Assembly (NCBI GenBank): GCA_034189655.1
Contig: JAXHUE010000001.1
Coordinates: forward strand, 58,022-122,021
Reading direction: 5' to 3'
DNA from: Chloroflexota bacterium
Lineage (GTDB): Bacteria > Chloroflexota > Dehalococcoidia > E44-bin15
DNA length: 64,000 nt
Shown: one piece after another, positions 9,092 through 17,698 of the stretch
How positions within the stretch are numbered: position 1 is the stretch's first letter
Layout: each line of letters starts with the position of its first letter
Position numbers and translations under genes: made by a program
The notes under the pieces: model-generated
What the model was told of the DNA's origin: nothing
Database searches by the model: none
The model's input: only the letters and a program-made list of their open reading frames with translations

Positions 9092-9801
9092 CCATCAGCG
9101 ATAAGCTGCGCGCCAAGTTCGAGGAGACCAGGCTGGACAACCTGGGGATCGGCATGAGGGTGGCCCAGGAGTTTCGAGACGGGGACTACGTGAACATAGG
9201 CTTCGGCATCCCCTCCTTCGCCCCCAGCTTCGTGCCCGAGGGCAGGACGGTGATACTGCAGGTAGAGAACGGGGTGCTCAACTGCGGGGGACTGGTCCCT
9301 GAAGAAAGCCCCCAGCTCATGGACCACGACCTCACCAATGCCGGCTTTCGCCCCATCCTCCCTCTCCCCGGCATGTCCTTCTTTGACAGTGCCCAGTCCT
9401 TCGCCATGATCCGCGGCGGCCACCTGGACGTGTCCGTGGTGGGGGCATTTCAGGTGACGGCAAAGGGCGACCTGGCAAGCTGGTCCAGGTACATGATAGG
9501 GGGCAAGTGGACCGGGATACTGGGGGGTGCAATGGAGGTGACCATTGCCAAGACGGTCGTCGTGGCCATGGAGCACATCAGCAGCGACGGGGAGTGCAAG
9601 ATCGTAAACAAGCTCACCCTGCCGCTCACCAGGAAGGCGTGCGTCGATATGATAATCACCGACGTAGCGGTGATGGAGGTAACCCCCAGCGGGCTTGTCC
9701 TCACAGAGGTCGCCCCCGGCTGGTCCGCCAAGCACGTGCAGGAGATCACCGAGCCCCAGCTCATCGTGAGCCCAGAGCTCAAGGAGATGCAGCTAGGCTA
9801 G
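9088..9801 (+). CDS. CoA transferase subunit B (AtoA/ScoB-like)
   Basis: Contains the catalytic-glutamate region and beta-subunit-like sequence (NIGFGIP, GGAMEV). Start at the ATG at 9088, coupled to the upstream stop. Confidence 0.85.
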   Translation: MTISDKLRAKFEETRLDNLGIGMRVAQEFRDGDYVNIGFGIPSFAPSFVPEGRTVILQVENGVLNCGGLVPEESPQLMDHDLTNAGFRPILPLPGMSFFDSAQSFAMIRGGHLDVSVVGAFQVTAKGDLASWSRYMIGGKWTGILGGAMEVTIAKTVVVAMEHISSDGECKIVNKLTLPLTRKACVDMIITDVAVMEVTPSGLVLTEVAPGWSAKHVQEITEPQLIVSPELKEMQLG

Positions 9802-9934
9802 AGAGAGCGCCCCCCTGTGTCGAGGATCGGGGGGCCGCACCCCTGCGGCCGCCACGCCAGACAGGCACCGTCCTTGACGCCTTGCCGCGGTATATGATAT
9901 TTTGTTATATTCGGCGGCAGAGAGCCCCAGGTGC

Positions 9935-9946
9935 ATGAGCGCTCAT
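9935..9946. promoter_or_regulatory. perfect 12-bp palindrome ATGAGCGCTCAT between candidate promoter and MaoC-like gene
   Basis: Seen directly. Lies about 30 nt upstream of the ATG at 9976 and downstream of TTGACG...ATATTT. Confidence 0.3.
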
Positions 9947-9975
9947 CGTGGCGATAGAAAGGGGATATACCACAA

Positions 9976-11241
9976 ATGGCAGAGAAGAAGGACTGGTCAC
10001 AGCACCCCAGAGTAACCGTCAGCGCGCGGGACAAGCTCCCGGAGCACACCCAGATAACCCCGGAGATGATAGAGCGGAGGAGGTCTCGCTCCAACAAGCC
10101 TTTCTACCCCGGCGGTGTCTACTACAACAAGCAGGCATCCCGGGACGCCGTCATCCACTTTACCAACGGCATAGGTGACACCAACCCCCTGTTCCGCAGC
10201 GAGGAGTACGCCAAGAAGAGCAAGTACCACGGCGTCATCGCACCAGGCAGCTTTCTCTACACCGTGATGTGGGTGGTCCCCGGCGGCGGCATGCCCGGGG
10301 TCCACGCCTGGTACAGCGGGGGCGACTGGGAGTGGTACCGCCCGGTGTACGCCGACGACCTGTTCACGCCCATCGGCGTGCTCAGGGACATCGATATAAA
10401 GAAAGGCCGCATGGCCGGCGGCGGCGACATCTACATCGACTACGACGAGGGCATCTACGTCAACCAGCGCGGGGAGATAGTGGGCAAGGAGCTCCACCAC
10501 ACCGTCTGGGCCGACAGGGGCTCTTCGGGCTCTGCCGGCAAGTACCGCGCCATCGAGCGGCCCAAATACTCAAGCGAGGAGTGGCTCAAGTTCCTCGAGA
10601 TGTACGACAACGAGGAGCTGCGGGGCGCGGAGCCCAGGTGGTGGGAGAACGTCCAGGAGGGCGACCAGGTGGGGCCCATGATCAAGGGGCCGCTCACCGT
10701 GCGCGACGAGATCGCCTGGCTCATGGGGGCGGGCTCGCCCTTCTTCCGCGCCCACAAGATCGAGTTCGAGTTCGAGCGGCGCCACCCCCGTGCCCTCGAG
10801 TACGTGGAAGAGATGGACGAGGCCGATGTCCCGGAGCTGGTGCACATCTTCGATGCCTACGCCCGCGCCATCGGCGTGGAGCGCGCCTACGACTACGGCT
10901 CGCAGCGGATGAGCTGGCTGTGCAACCTGTTCACCAACTGGATGGGCGACGACGCCTTCCTGTGGAAGATGAGCGGCGACGAGCGGGCCTTCAACCAGAT
11001 GGGCGACGTCACCACCTTCGAGGGGCGCGTGGTCAAGAAGTACATCGACGACGGCAAGTGCTGCGTCGATATCGAGGCCTGGGCCAAGAACCAGCGCGAC
11101 GAGTGGTCCATGCCGCCACGCACCTCGACGGTGATCCTGCCCTCCAAGGAGCACGGGCCGGTGGTCTACCCCAACCCGCCGCAGGCGCTGGTGGAGGAGG
11201 TGAGCCAGGCCCGGCCACTGGACGAGGTGAGGGACAGGTAG
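9976..11241 (+). CDS. MaoC-like double hotdog-fold (R)-specific enoyl-CoA hydratase/dehydratase
   Basis: 421 aa with two hotdog halves. The N-terminal half lacks the catalytic residues and the C-terminal half is MaoC-like, an arrangement like mesaconyl-CoA / 3-hydroxyacyl hydratases. Confidence 0.7.
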   Translation: MAEKKDWSQHPRVTVSARDKLPEHTQITPEMIERRRSRSNKPFYPGGVYYNKQASRDAVIHFTNGIGDTNPLFRSEEYAKKSKYHGVIAPGSFLYTVMWVVPGGGMPGVHAWYSGGDWEWYRPVYADDLFTPIGVLRDIDIKKGRMAGGGDIYIDYDEGIYVNQRGEIVGKELHHTVWADRGSSGSAGKYRAIERPKYSSEEWLKFLEMYDNEELRGAEPRWWENVQEGDQVGPMIKGPLTVRDEIAWLMGAGSPFFRAHKIEFEFERRHPRALEYVEEMDEADVPELVHIFDAYARAIGVERAYDYGSQRMSWLCNLFTNWMGDDAFLWKMSGDERAFNQMGDVTTFEGRVVKKYIDDGKCCVDIEAWAKNQRDEWSMPPRTSTVILPSKEHGPVVYPNPPQALVEEVSQARPLDEVRDR

Positions 11242-11302
11242 CCACCGTCACGGGCAGCGGCCTGTGCGCCGTGCCGGGCGAGAGTACACGAATCCCACGC
11301 AA

Positions 11303-11340
11303 GGCACCCCAGGAGAGACATCCTGGGGTGCCTCTCTCTG
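11303..11340. terminator. bidirectional stem-loop between convergent genes (11-bp perfect stem GGCACCCCAGG/CCTGGGGTGCC)
   Basis: Seen directly. Stem 11303..11313 / 11322..11332, loop agagacat, followed by tctctct on plus. Confidence 0.5.
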
Positions 11341-11347
11341 CGGCGGG

Positions 11348-12496
11348 CTACGGGAGCTCCCACTCGTACGTCGCGAGGGCGTCTGACTGCGCCTGTAGCT
11401 GGAGCTCGGCCTCCACGTCACCCTTCAGGTACCTCAAGAAGAAGGCCGAGCCGTAGTCCGCTATCGCCCCGACGCGCTTATCGGAGGCGGTGCACTGCGG
11501 TATGTAATCGTAGCCCAGGCACGGCGCGTTGCCGAAGGTGAGGTGGCCGCTCTGCGCCAGCACGAGGTAGAACTTGGGGGGGCATGCACCCTCGTAGACC
11601 ACCCCCCGCTGGATGTCGGGCCGTATCAGCGGCAGGTCGTGGTCGCCGTGCATCACCATGAGGGGGATATCGATGTCGCCCGCGCCGTCCTCAAAGGGGT
11701 AGACCGGCGATGACAGGAGCAGCGCCGCCTCGATGCGCTCGTCCCTCATCGCCTCATCGGGATGGCCCCCGATGAGGCCCAGCGTGGTGAGGCCGCCCAG
11801 GGAGTGCCCCGCCATGCCGATGGACTCCTCGTCTACTATGCCGTAGAGTGGTGACGCGCTGTCCTGGTCCAGCGCCACCACCTGGTCGAGCACGAAGCGG
11901 CACTTGCTCAGCCTCACCTCCTCCATGTAGGCGAGGAAGATGTCCCGGTGCTCCTCCATCATGTCTGCGAACTGTGCCACCGCCTCCAGGACGTCCCCGG
12001 CGTCGGTGACCCCCTCGCTCCCCCTCGTCCGGTTGAAGGCTACCTGCTCTATGAAATCGGGGGGGACGGTATCGATGTAGTCGGGGGCAGCGACGATGAA
12101 GCCCTCGCCCGCCAGGCGCTCGGCGAAGGGGAGGGCGCTTATCCCGCTCGCGTACGCCCCGTGGTTGAAGACCACCAGTGGATAGGGCCCGTCCTCCGTG
12201 CAGGGGAGGGCCTCCCAGGCCACGCTGCTGGTGTAGCCATTGTTGTAGGTATAGGTGGCTGGCTCCTCCTCCGTCGGGTACCATATGGCCGTGGTGAGCA
12301 CCACCTCCTCGGCACCGCCGTCGCTGTAGCTGAAGTCGCAGATGGTGAAGCCCACGTTGTAGGTAGAGGGGACCGCCCCCAACGGCGGGGGGCAGCAGGC
12401 GCAGCAGGCCATCGCAATGGAGCCCGCCATCGCCACACACCACCCCAGGTACCGCCGCAGCGGCCAGCGCACTATGCCCATCAGTGTCCCCGCCAT
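11348..12496 (-). CDS. alpha/beta-hydrolase (GHSLGG serine hydrolase), probable secreted/lipoprotein
   Basis: GHSLGG nucleophile elbow, downstream Asp/His region. The N-terminus has a signal-like segment with a possible lipobox (SIAMAC). Start chosen at an internal Met. The upstream part of the track ORF is probably not translated. Confidence 0.7.
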   Translation of the reverse strand: MAGTLMGIVRWPLRRYLGWCVAMAGSIAMACCACCPPPLGAVPSTYNVGFTICDFSYSDGGAEEVVLTTAIWYPTEEEPATYTYNNGYTSSVAWEALPCTEDGPYPLVVFNHGAYASGISALPFAERLAGEGFIVAAPDYIDTVPPDFIEQVAFNRTRGSEGVTDAGDVLEAVAQFADMMEEHRDIFLAYMEEVRLSKCRFVLDQVVALDQDSASPLYGIVDEESIGMAGHSLGGLTTLGLIGGHPDEAMRDERIEAALLLSSPVYPFEDGAGDIDIPLMVMHGDHDLPLIRPDIQRGVVYEGACPPKFYLVLAQSGHLTFGNAPCLGYDYIPQCTASDKRVGAIADYGSAFFLRYLKGDVEAELQLQAQSDALATYEWELP

Positions 12497-12675
12497 GGCA
12501 CCCCCCATCGATGCCGCGCACCCATACACTGCCATTGTATCACAGCACGAGGCACGGCGCCCTCTCCCGCTATGCGCTTGACAGCGTATCGGGCACAGGG
12601 TTACCATGGCCAGGGCCGGGGCACGGTCGCCAGAGAGTGACCGCCAGGGGAACGCCAGTGCGTGGAGGACCGGGA

Positions 12676-14307
12676 ATGACCGAAGACGAGACCCTGTGGG
12701 TGACAGACTCCGACATCGAGACCATAACCCTGCTCGGCACGACCATCGCCGACCGCTACAGGGTCGAGCACCTCCTGGGCGAAGGGGGCATGGGCTCCGT
12801 CTACCTGGCCACAGACCAGGTGCTGGAGAGGCAGGTCGCCATCAAGATAATGAAGGGCGGGCCCATGGCCGGCCAGAACACCACCCGCTTCTTCCGCGAG
12901 GCGCGCTCGCTGGCGCACCTAAACCACGCCAACATCGTCACCATCTACGACTACGGCTGGCACGGCGAGCAGGCCTACCTGGTGATGGAGTTCGCCACCG
13001 GCTCCACGCTGTCCGCCCTGCTGGAAGGGGGCGGCGGCCAGGCCCAGGGCCTCACCATGGGCCGGGCACTGGACATCGCCGTAGACGTGACCAGGGCGCT
13101 GGCCTACGCCCACGCCCAGGGGGTCATCCACCGCGATATCAAGCCCTCCAACATCATCATCGGCGCAGAGACCAAGCTCATGGACTTCGGCATCGCCAAG
13201 ATGCGCCAGGACCCCTCGATCACCATGTCGCCCGCCGGCATGGGCACCCCGGCCTACATGGCACCGGAGCAGGCACTGGGGAAGGAGGTGGACGAGCGCA
13301 CCGACCTCTACTCCCTGGGCATCGTCCTCTACGAGATGTTCACCGGCCGGCCCCCCTTCTCGGCGTGCGACGAGATGCCCCTGGTCTCACAGCACATCCA
13401 GGTAACCCCGGTCTCTCCGTGCCTGCGCAACCCCGATATCCCCAGGGACATCGAGCGCCTCATACTGAAGATGCTGGCCAAGACCCCCGACAGGCGCCCA
13501 GAGTCGGCCCAGGAGGTGCTCTCGGAGCTCGAGGCGTGCCGCCAGGGGCTGCCCACCGCCACGGTGCAGGAGGTGCCGGCGCGAAGGCGGGCCCGCCCCG
13601 TAGACGACCCAAGGACCGAGGCCCTGCGCGGCATACCGCTCTTCTCCTCCGTGCCCGGCGAAGACCTGGGCGAGCTCGCCCACCAGCTCACGGGGCGACG
13701 CTATCGCAAGGGCGACGTCATCTTCCACAAGGACGACTTCGGCTCCACGCTGCACATCGTGAAGAGCGGCAACGTCAAGATCAGCATCCCCTCCGAGGAG
13801 GGCGAAGACGTCATCCTGGCCTACCTGGGCGCCGGCGACTTCTTCGGGGAGCTGGCCCTGCTCGACGAGGAGCCGCGCTCGGCAACGGCGACCGCCGTCG
13901 AGGACACCGAGACCATGGCCCTGGAGCGGGGGGACTTCCTCCAGTTCCTCCGCTGGTACCCGGACACGGCCATCCGCATCCTCGCCGTGCTCTCGCAGCG
14001 GCTGCGAAACCTGAACTCCCAGCTTGAGAACCTCATCTTCTCCAACCCGCCGGCCCGCCTGGCAAAGACGCTGCTCAAGCTGATGGAGAGCCACGGCAGG
14101 GGGACACCTGAGGGGTGTGAGATATCGCTCCCGCTCACCGCGTCCGACCTCTCCGGGATGGTGGGGGCAAATGCGGCAACGGTGAGGCGCCTGCTGCGCG
14201 ACCTCCAGACGGCAGGGGTCATCAGCAGCAGCAAGGAGAGGCGCTACACCGTCCACAGGCCAGAGGAGCTGCGCGAGAGGGCACAGCGGGGCACCGGCCG
14301 CTGCTAG
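12676..14307 (+). CDS. Ser/Thr protein kinase fused to cyclic-nucleotide-binding domain and Crp-type HTH
   Basis: N-terminal Hanks kinase motifs (GEGGMGSVY, VAIK, HRDIKPSN, DFG, APE). These are followed by a cNMP-binding beta-roll (FGELALL) and a C-terminal Crp/Fnr HTH. RBS GGAGGA before the ATG at 12676. Confidence 0.8.
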   Translation: MTEDETLWVTDSDIETITLLGTTIADRYRVEHLLGEGGMGSVYLATDQVLERQVAIKIMKGGPMAGQNTTRFFREARSLAHLNHANIVTIYDYGWHGEQAYLVMEFATGSTLSALLEGGGGQAQGLTMGRALDIAVDVTRALAYAHAQGVIHRDIKPSNIIIGAETKLMDFGIAKMRQDPSITMSPAGMGTPAYMAPEQALGKEVDERTDLYSLGIVLYEMFTGRPPFSACDEMPLVSQHIQVTPVSPCLRNPDIPRDIERLILKMLAKTPDRRPESAQEVLSELEACRQGLPTATVQEVPARRRARPVDDPRTEALRGIPLFSSVPGEDLGELAHQLTGRRYRKGDVIFHKDDFGSTLHIVKSGNVKISIPSEEGEDVILAYLGAGDFFGELALLDEEPRSATATAVEDTETMALERGDFLQFLRWYPDTAIRILAVLSQRLRNLNSQLENLIFSNPPARLAKTLLKLMESHGRGTPEGCEISLPLTASDLSGMVGANAATVRRLLRDLQTAGVISSSKERRYTVHRPEELRERAQRGTGRC

Positions 14308-14317
14308 CAGCACGCCG

Positions 14318-15577
14318 CTACGGGGCCAGGGCCACCCGCTCCACCTGGGGCTCCACCACCACGCCGTAGGTGGCCCGTGCATAGGTGAAGGAGGCCATGC
14401 CCTCGTCGCCGCCGTAGAAGGTGGCCACCATGTTGGCGGGCTCACCGCTGCGAGCGCCCTCGCCGCGGTCGGCCTGGACCTGGGCATTGAACAGCTCGCG
14501 GGCCAGGTAGTCCACGGCAAAGGGGTTGCGTCCTACCAGGAAGCCGATGTCCGACACGATGGGCCTCTGGACGACATCGACACAGTCGCAGAGCTGGGTG
14601 ATGCGGTACAGATGGGCCACGTTGATGAGGCCGTTCCACCTGCCGTTCATCTCCGCCATCAGGAAGTCCACCAGGCGGTAGGGGATGGCGGCCTCGCCCC
14701 AGACCCAGTCATCGGTGTGTATGGTCACGATCTCGATGCAGTCGGCCTGGAGCTTGCATATGGAGGCGCACTCCCCGCAGCCGATGCACCGCTCCACGAT
14801 GAGCGTGGGGACATCACCCTTGGCCCAGACAAGGGCCTGCTCGGGGCAGCTCTTGGCGCACTTGCCACACCTGGTGCAGGCCTCCTCATCGATGCGGGGC
14901 TGGAGCAGCTTGTGCAGGAGCAGCTTCCCCCTCACGCTGCCGCCGCCCATGGTGAGCGTCTTCACCGCCATGGCGAAGTGGGTGAGCTGGTGCAAAGTGA
15001 GGTGGGAGTGACTCACGATGGTGGGGGCAGCAGCGATGCCGCCGGCCACGTATACCTCCCGGTACTTGCCCACCCTGCTCACCACCACCTCCTCTTCGTC
15101 GAACTCGAACACGCCGGGGACGGAGGTCGCCGGCCTGTCGAGGACGACGAACGGGAGGCCGAGCCCCTCGCCGTGGTGCCACCCGTGGGCCCGGGCCAGC
15201 TCCATGTACTTGCTGGCATCGGCCGGTGGGTTCTGGCGATGGCCCCTGGGCCCGGAGTAGACCGTGGTGGTGTCGCCGGCAACCACCCTGGTCACCCCTT
15301 TGTCTCTCAAGAAGTCAACGGTGGAGAGGGCGAACTCCGGGACCATCCTGGTATCGCACTTCGCCTCGCCGATGTGGCACTTCACCACCGCCGGCCCCTC
15401 GACTCGCCGTATATCCAGGGCGTGGAGCATCTCCTTTAAGCTGCGGTTTATCCTGTCCCTCACCGCGCCGTCGTCTAAGTCCAGGCCCTGTCCCCTGATG
15501 TCCAGGAAGTATACCGGAGACCTCTCGTTCTCTCCCTCGCGGTACTTGAGCCACCGCGGGACTTTCAATCGCGCCAC
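14318..15577 (-). CDS. DUF362-domain protein with inserted 2x[4Fe-4S] ferredoxin domain
   Basis: Ferredoxin motifs CTRCGKCAKSCP and CIGCGECASIC within a DUF362-like scaffold. GTG start at 15577 preceded by AAGGAGGG. The 230-aa Arg/Pro/Gly-rich N-terminal extension in the track ORF was rejected. Confidence 0.7.
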   Translation of the reverse strand: MARLKVPRWLKYREGENERSPVYFLDIRGQGLDLDDGAVRDRINRSLKEMLHALDIRRVEGPAVVKCHIGEAKCDTRMVPEFALSTVDFLRDKGVTRVVAGDTTTVYSGPRGHRQNPPADASKYMELARAHGWHHGEGLGLPFVVLDRPATSVPGVFEFDEEEVVVSRVGKYREVYVAGGIAAAPTIVSHSHLTLHQLTHFAMAVKTLTMGGGSVRGKLLLHKLLQPRIDEEACTRCGKCAKSCPEQALVWAKGDVPTLIVERCIGCGECASICKLQADCIEIVTIHTDDWVWGEAAIPYRLVDFLMAEMNGRWNGLINVAHLYRITQLCDCVDVVQRPIVSDIGFLVGRNPFAVDYLARELFNAQVQADRGEGARSGEPANMVATFYGGDEGMASFTYARATYGVVVEPQVERVALAP

Positions 15578-15699
15578 TTCTCCCTCCTTTTCGAGCTGCC
15601 GATGCCATGGCCCCAAACGCGACCACCCCCCACCCACCACGCAGAGATACGCGTGACACCGTGGTGGTACAGGTACAGTGGTGGCCCGCGGCGAGGACG

Positions 15700-17697
15700 C
15701 TACGGGACGATAGTGCGGCGCCGGCCCGCTATGTAGTCGTGCACCATGTAGCGCCCCAGCTCTTCCGCAGACGTATAGAATGCCCGCCCGCGGCAGCCCT
15801 TGACCAGGTCGTCGATGAACCTGGAGATGTAGGGGTCGCTGTCCAGCATGAAGACGTTGACCACGATGCCGTCGCTGGCACAGCGCTTTGCCTCGCGCAG
15901 GGTCTCGATGAGGGTGCGCGGGCTCGGCGGGTAATCGAAGTAGGCCCTCCCCCCCTCCAGGTGAGCGGTGGGCTCGCCGTCGGTCACCATTATTATCTGC
16001 TTGCTCCCCCCCTTGTGCCTGGAGAGCAGTTGCCGCGCCAGCATGAGCCCGTGGTGCATGTTGGTGCCGTAGACAAACTCGTTCCAGTTGACGTCGAACA
16101 GCATCTCCTTGGTGAGCTCGGTGGCGTAGTCGGAGAAGCCCACGATGTACAGGTTGTCGCGGGGGAACTGGGTGCGGATGAGGCTGTCTAAGGCCAGCGC
16201 CACCTTCTTGGCGGCGAAGAAGTTGCCCCGCATCGGCATCGACCAGCTCATGTCGAGCATCAGCACCGTGGAGCACTGGGTGAGGTGCTCCGTCTGGTAG
16301 ACCTCGAAGTCCTCCTCCTTGAGCCGCACCGGCCTGCCCGGGCCCTCCCGCTTGAGCGAGTTCATCAGCGTCCTCTCCACCTGGAGGTGGAACGGGTCGC
16401 CAAACTGGTATCTCTTGGTCTCATCGGCGCGGTCGCCGCCCAGGCCGCTGGCCCACACCTCGTGCCTGCCCAGCCGCCACTCCTTGAGGTGTTTGAAGAT
16501 ATCCTTGAGCGCCTTCTCCCCTACCCTTCGCACCGCCCTAGGGGTGAGCTCCCAGCGCCGGCCCCGCCTGCTGATGTAGCCCGCCTCCTCCAGCACGTCG
16601 GCGAGGCGCCTCATCTGCTCAAGCGAGCGGTGGGCCTCCTCGCCCAGCAGGCGGCGCACCAGCTCATCGTCTATCCCCTCCAGGTCGGGGCCGGAGCGGC
16701 TCCTGTCGAGCTGCCGCTCAAGCTCGCCCATCTGCTGGAGCTCCTCCATGAGCCCCAAGGCCTCCTCCAGCGAGAGCGACTCGACGCCGCGGAAGGGGTA
16801 CCGCGACCGTAAGTCCCCCGTGGGGAAGAGCAGGTCCAGGTAGGCGGCGAGCTCGGCCATCTGGTCCCTTAGTCCCTGGTCCTCCATCATGGCCTCCACC
16901 AGCTCGTCGAGCATCCCCTTCTGCTCCTGGGGAAGGCTCTCCAGGAGGGACTCCATCTGGGCCATCCTGCGGGTGAGCATCTCCATGAGCTCATCGAGGC
17001 TACGTGGCCGCTCCGGCCCGAACTGGTCGCCGAAGCGCTCCATGAAGCCCTCGAAGTCGGGCTCGCCGCCCTGGATGCGCTGGCGCAGCATCTCGTTCAA
17101 GGCCCCGACCATGTCCTTGAGGCCCTGTATGTCCTCGGCGCTCATTGCCTGGAGGCCGCGGTACATGTCCTGGAAGTACTGCCCCATCACCCGCTCTTTG
17201 AGCATCTCCATGAGCTCTGCGAACTGCTGGCGTGCCTGGGGGTCGATGAACTCGTAGCTCGCCAGCCCCTTTATCGCCGCCGCGACGTCCTCGGGCAGGC
17301 CATCGAGGAACTCCAGGTTCCGTGCCGCCACGCTCTCCAGGGCCTTCCGCAGGTCGGCATCCTGCTCCCCGGCCTCTTCGAGGCGGCGCTCGATGCCCTC
17401 TCGCTCCGTGCTCACGATGTCATCTAATCGCTCGCGGATATCGTCGAATATGGAGCTCAAGTCGTACCTGTCCAGGGTGCGCCGCTTCATGGCGCGCAGC
17501 TCCTGGAGCATGTCGCGTATGCCCATGAGCCTCTGCCCCTGCCAGTCCCCGAGGCCGAGCTGGAGCAGCCTCTGCAGCGCCTGGCGCACATCCCCGTTCA
17601 TGGTGAGGCTATCGGCGATGGCGTCCATGACGGCGTCGGCGTCCAAGTCGGGGACGTCCTGGCTTCCGTCCCAGCGTGAGTATCGGTAGACCGCCAT
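15700..17697 (-). CDS. von Willebrand factor A (VWA) domain protein with long acidic/coiled N-terminal region
   Basis: C-terminal VWA with MIDAS motif (LMLDMSWSM, VTDGEPT). The ~450-aa N-terminus is rich in E/R/L/M. Start ATG overlaps the stop of the upstream AAA+ gene (TAGCATG). Confidence 0.8.
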   Translation of the reverse strand: MAVYRYSRWDGSQDVPDLDADAVMDAIADSLTMNGDVRQALQRLLQLGLGDWQGQRLMGIRDMLQELRAMKRRTLDRYDLSSIFDDIRERLDDIVSTEREGIERRLEEAGEQDADLRKALESVAARNLEFLDGLPEDVAAAIKGLASYEFIDPQARQQFAELMEMLKERVMGQYFQDMYRGLQAMSAEDIQGLKDMVGALNEMLRQRIQGGEPDFEGFMERFGDQFGPERPRSLDELMEMLTRRMAQMESLLESLPQEQKGMLDELVEAMMEDQGLRDQMAELAAYLDLLFPTGDLRSRYPFRGVESLSLEEALGLMEELQQMGELERQLDRSRSGPDLEGIDDELVRRLLGEEAHRSLEQMRRLADVLEEAGYISRRGRRWELTPRAVRRVGEKALKDIFKHLKEWRLGRHEVWASGLGGDRADETKRYQFGDPFHLQVERTLMNSLKREGPGRPVRLKEEDFEVYQTEHLTQCSTVLMLDMSWSMPMRGNFFAAKKVALALDSLIRTQFPRDNLYIVGFSDYATELTKEMLFDVNWNEFVYGTNMHHGLMLARQLLSRHKGGSKQIIMVTDGEPTAHLEGGRAYFDYPPSPRTLIETLREAKRCASDGIVVNVFMLDSDPYISRFIDDLVKGCRGRAFYTSAEELGRYMVHDYIAGRRRTIVP

Positions 17698-17698
17698 G

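Noticed and set aside
14318-16276. 652-aa version of the DUF362 protein
   Set aside because: First ~230 aa are low-complexity R/P/G/H sequence. A GTG with AAGGAGGG RBS at 15577 starts the conserved part.
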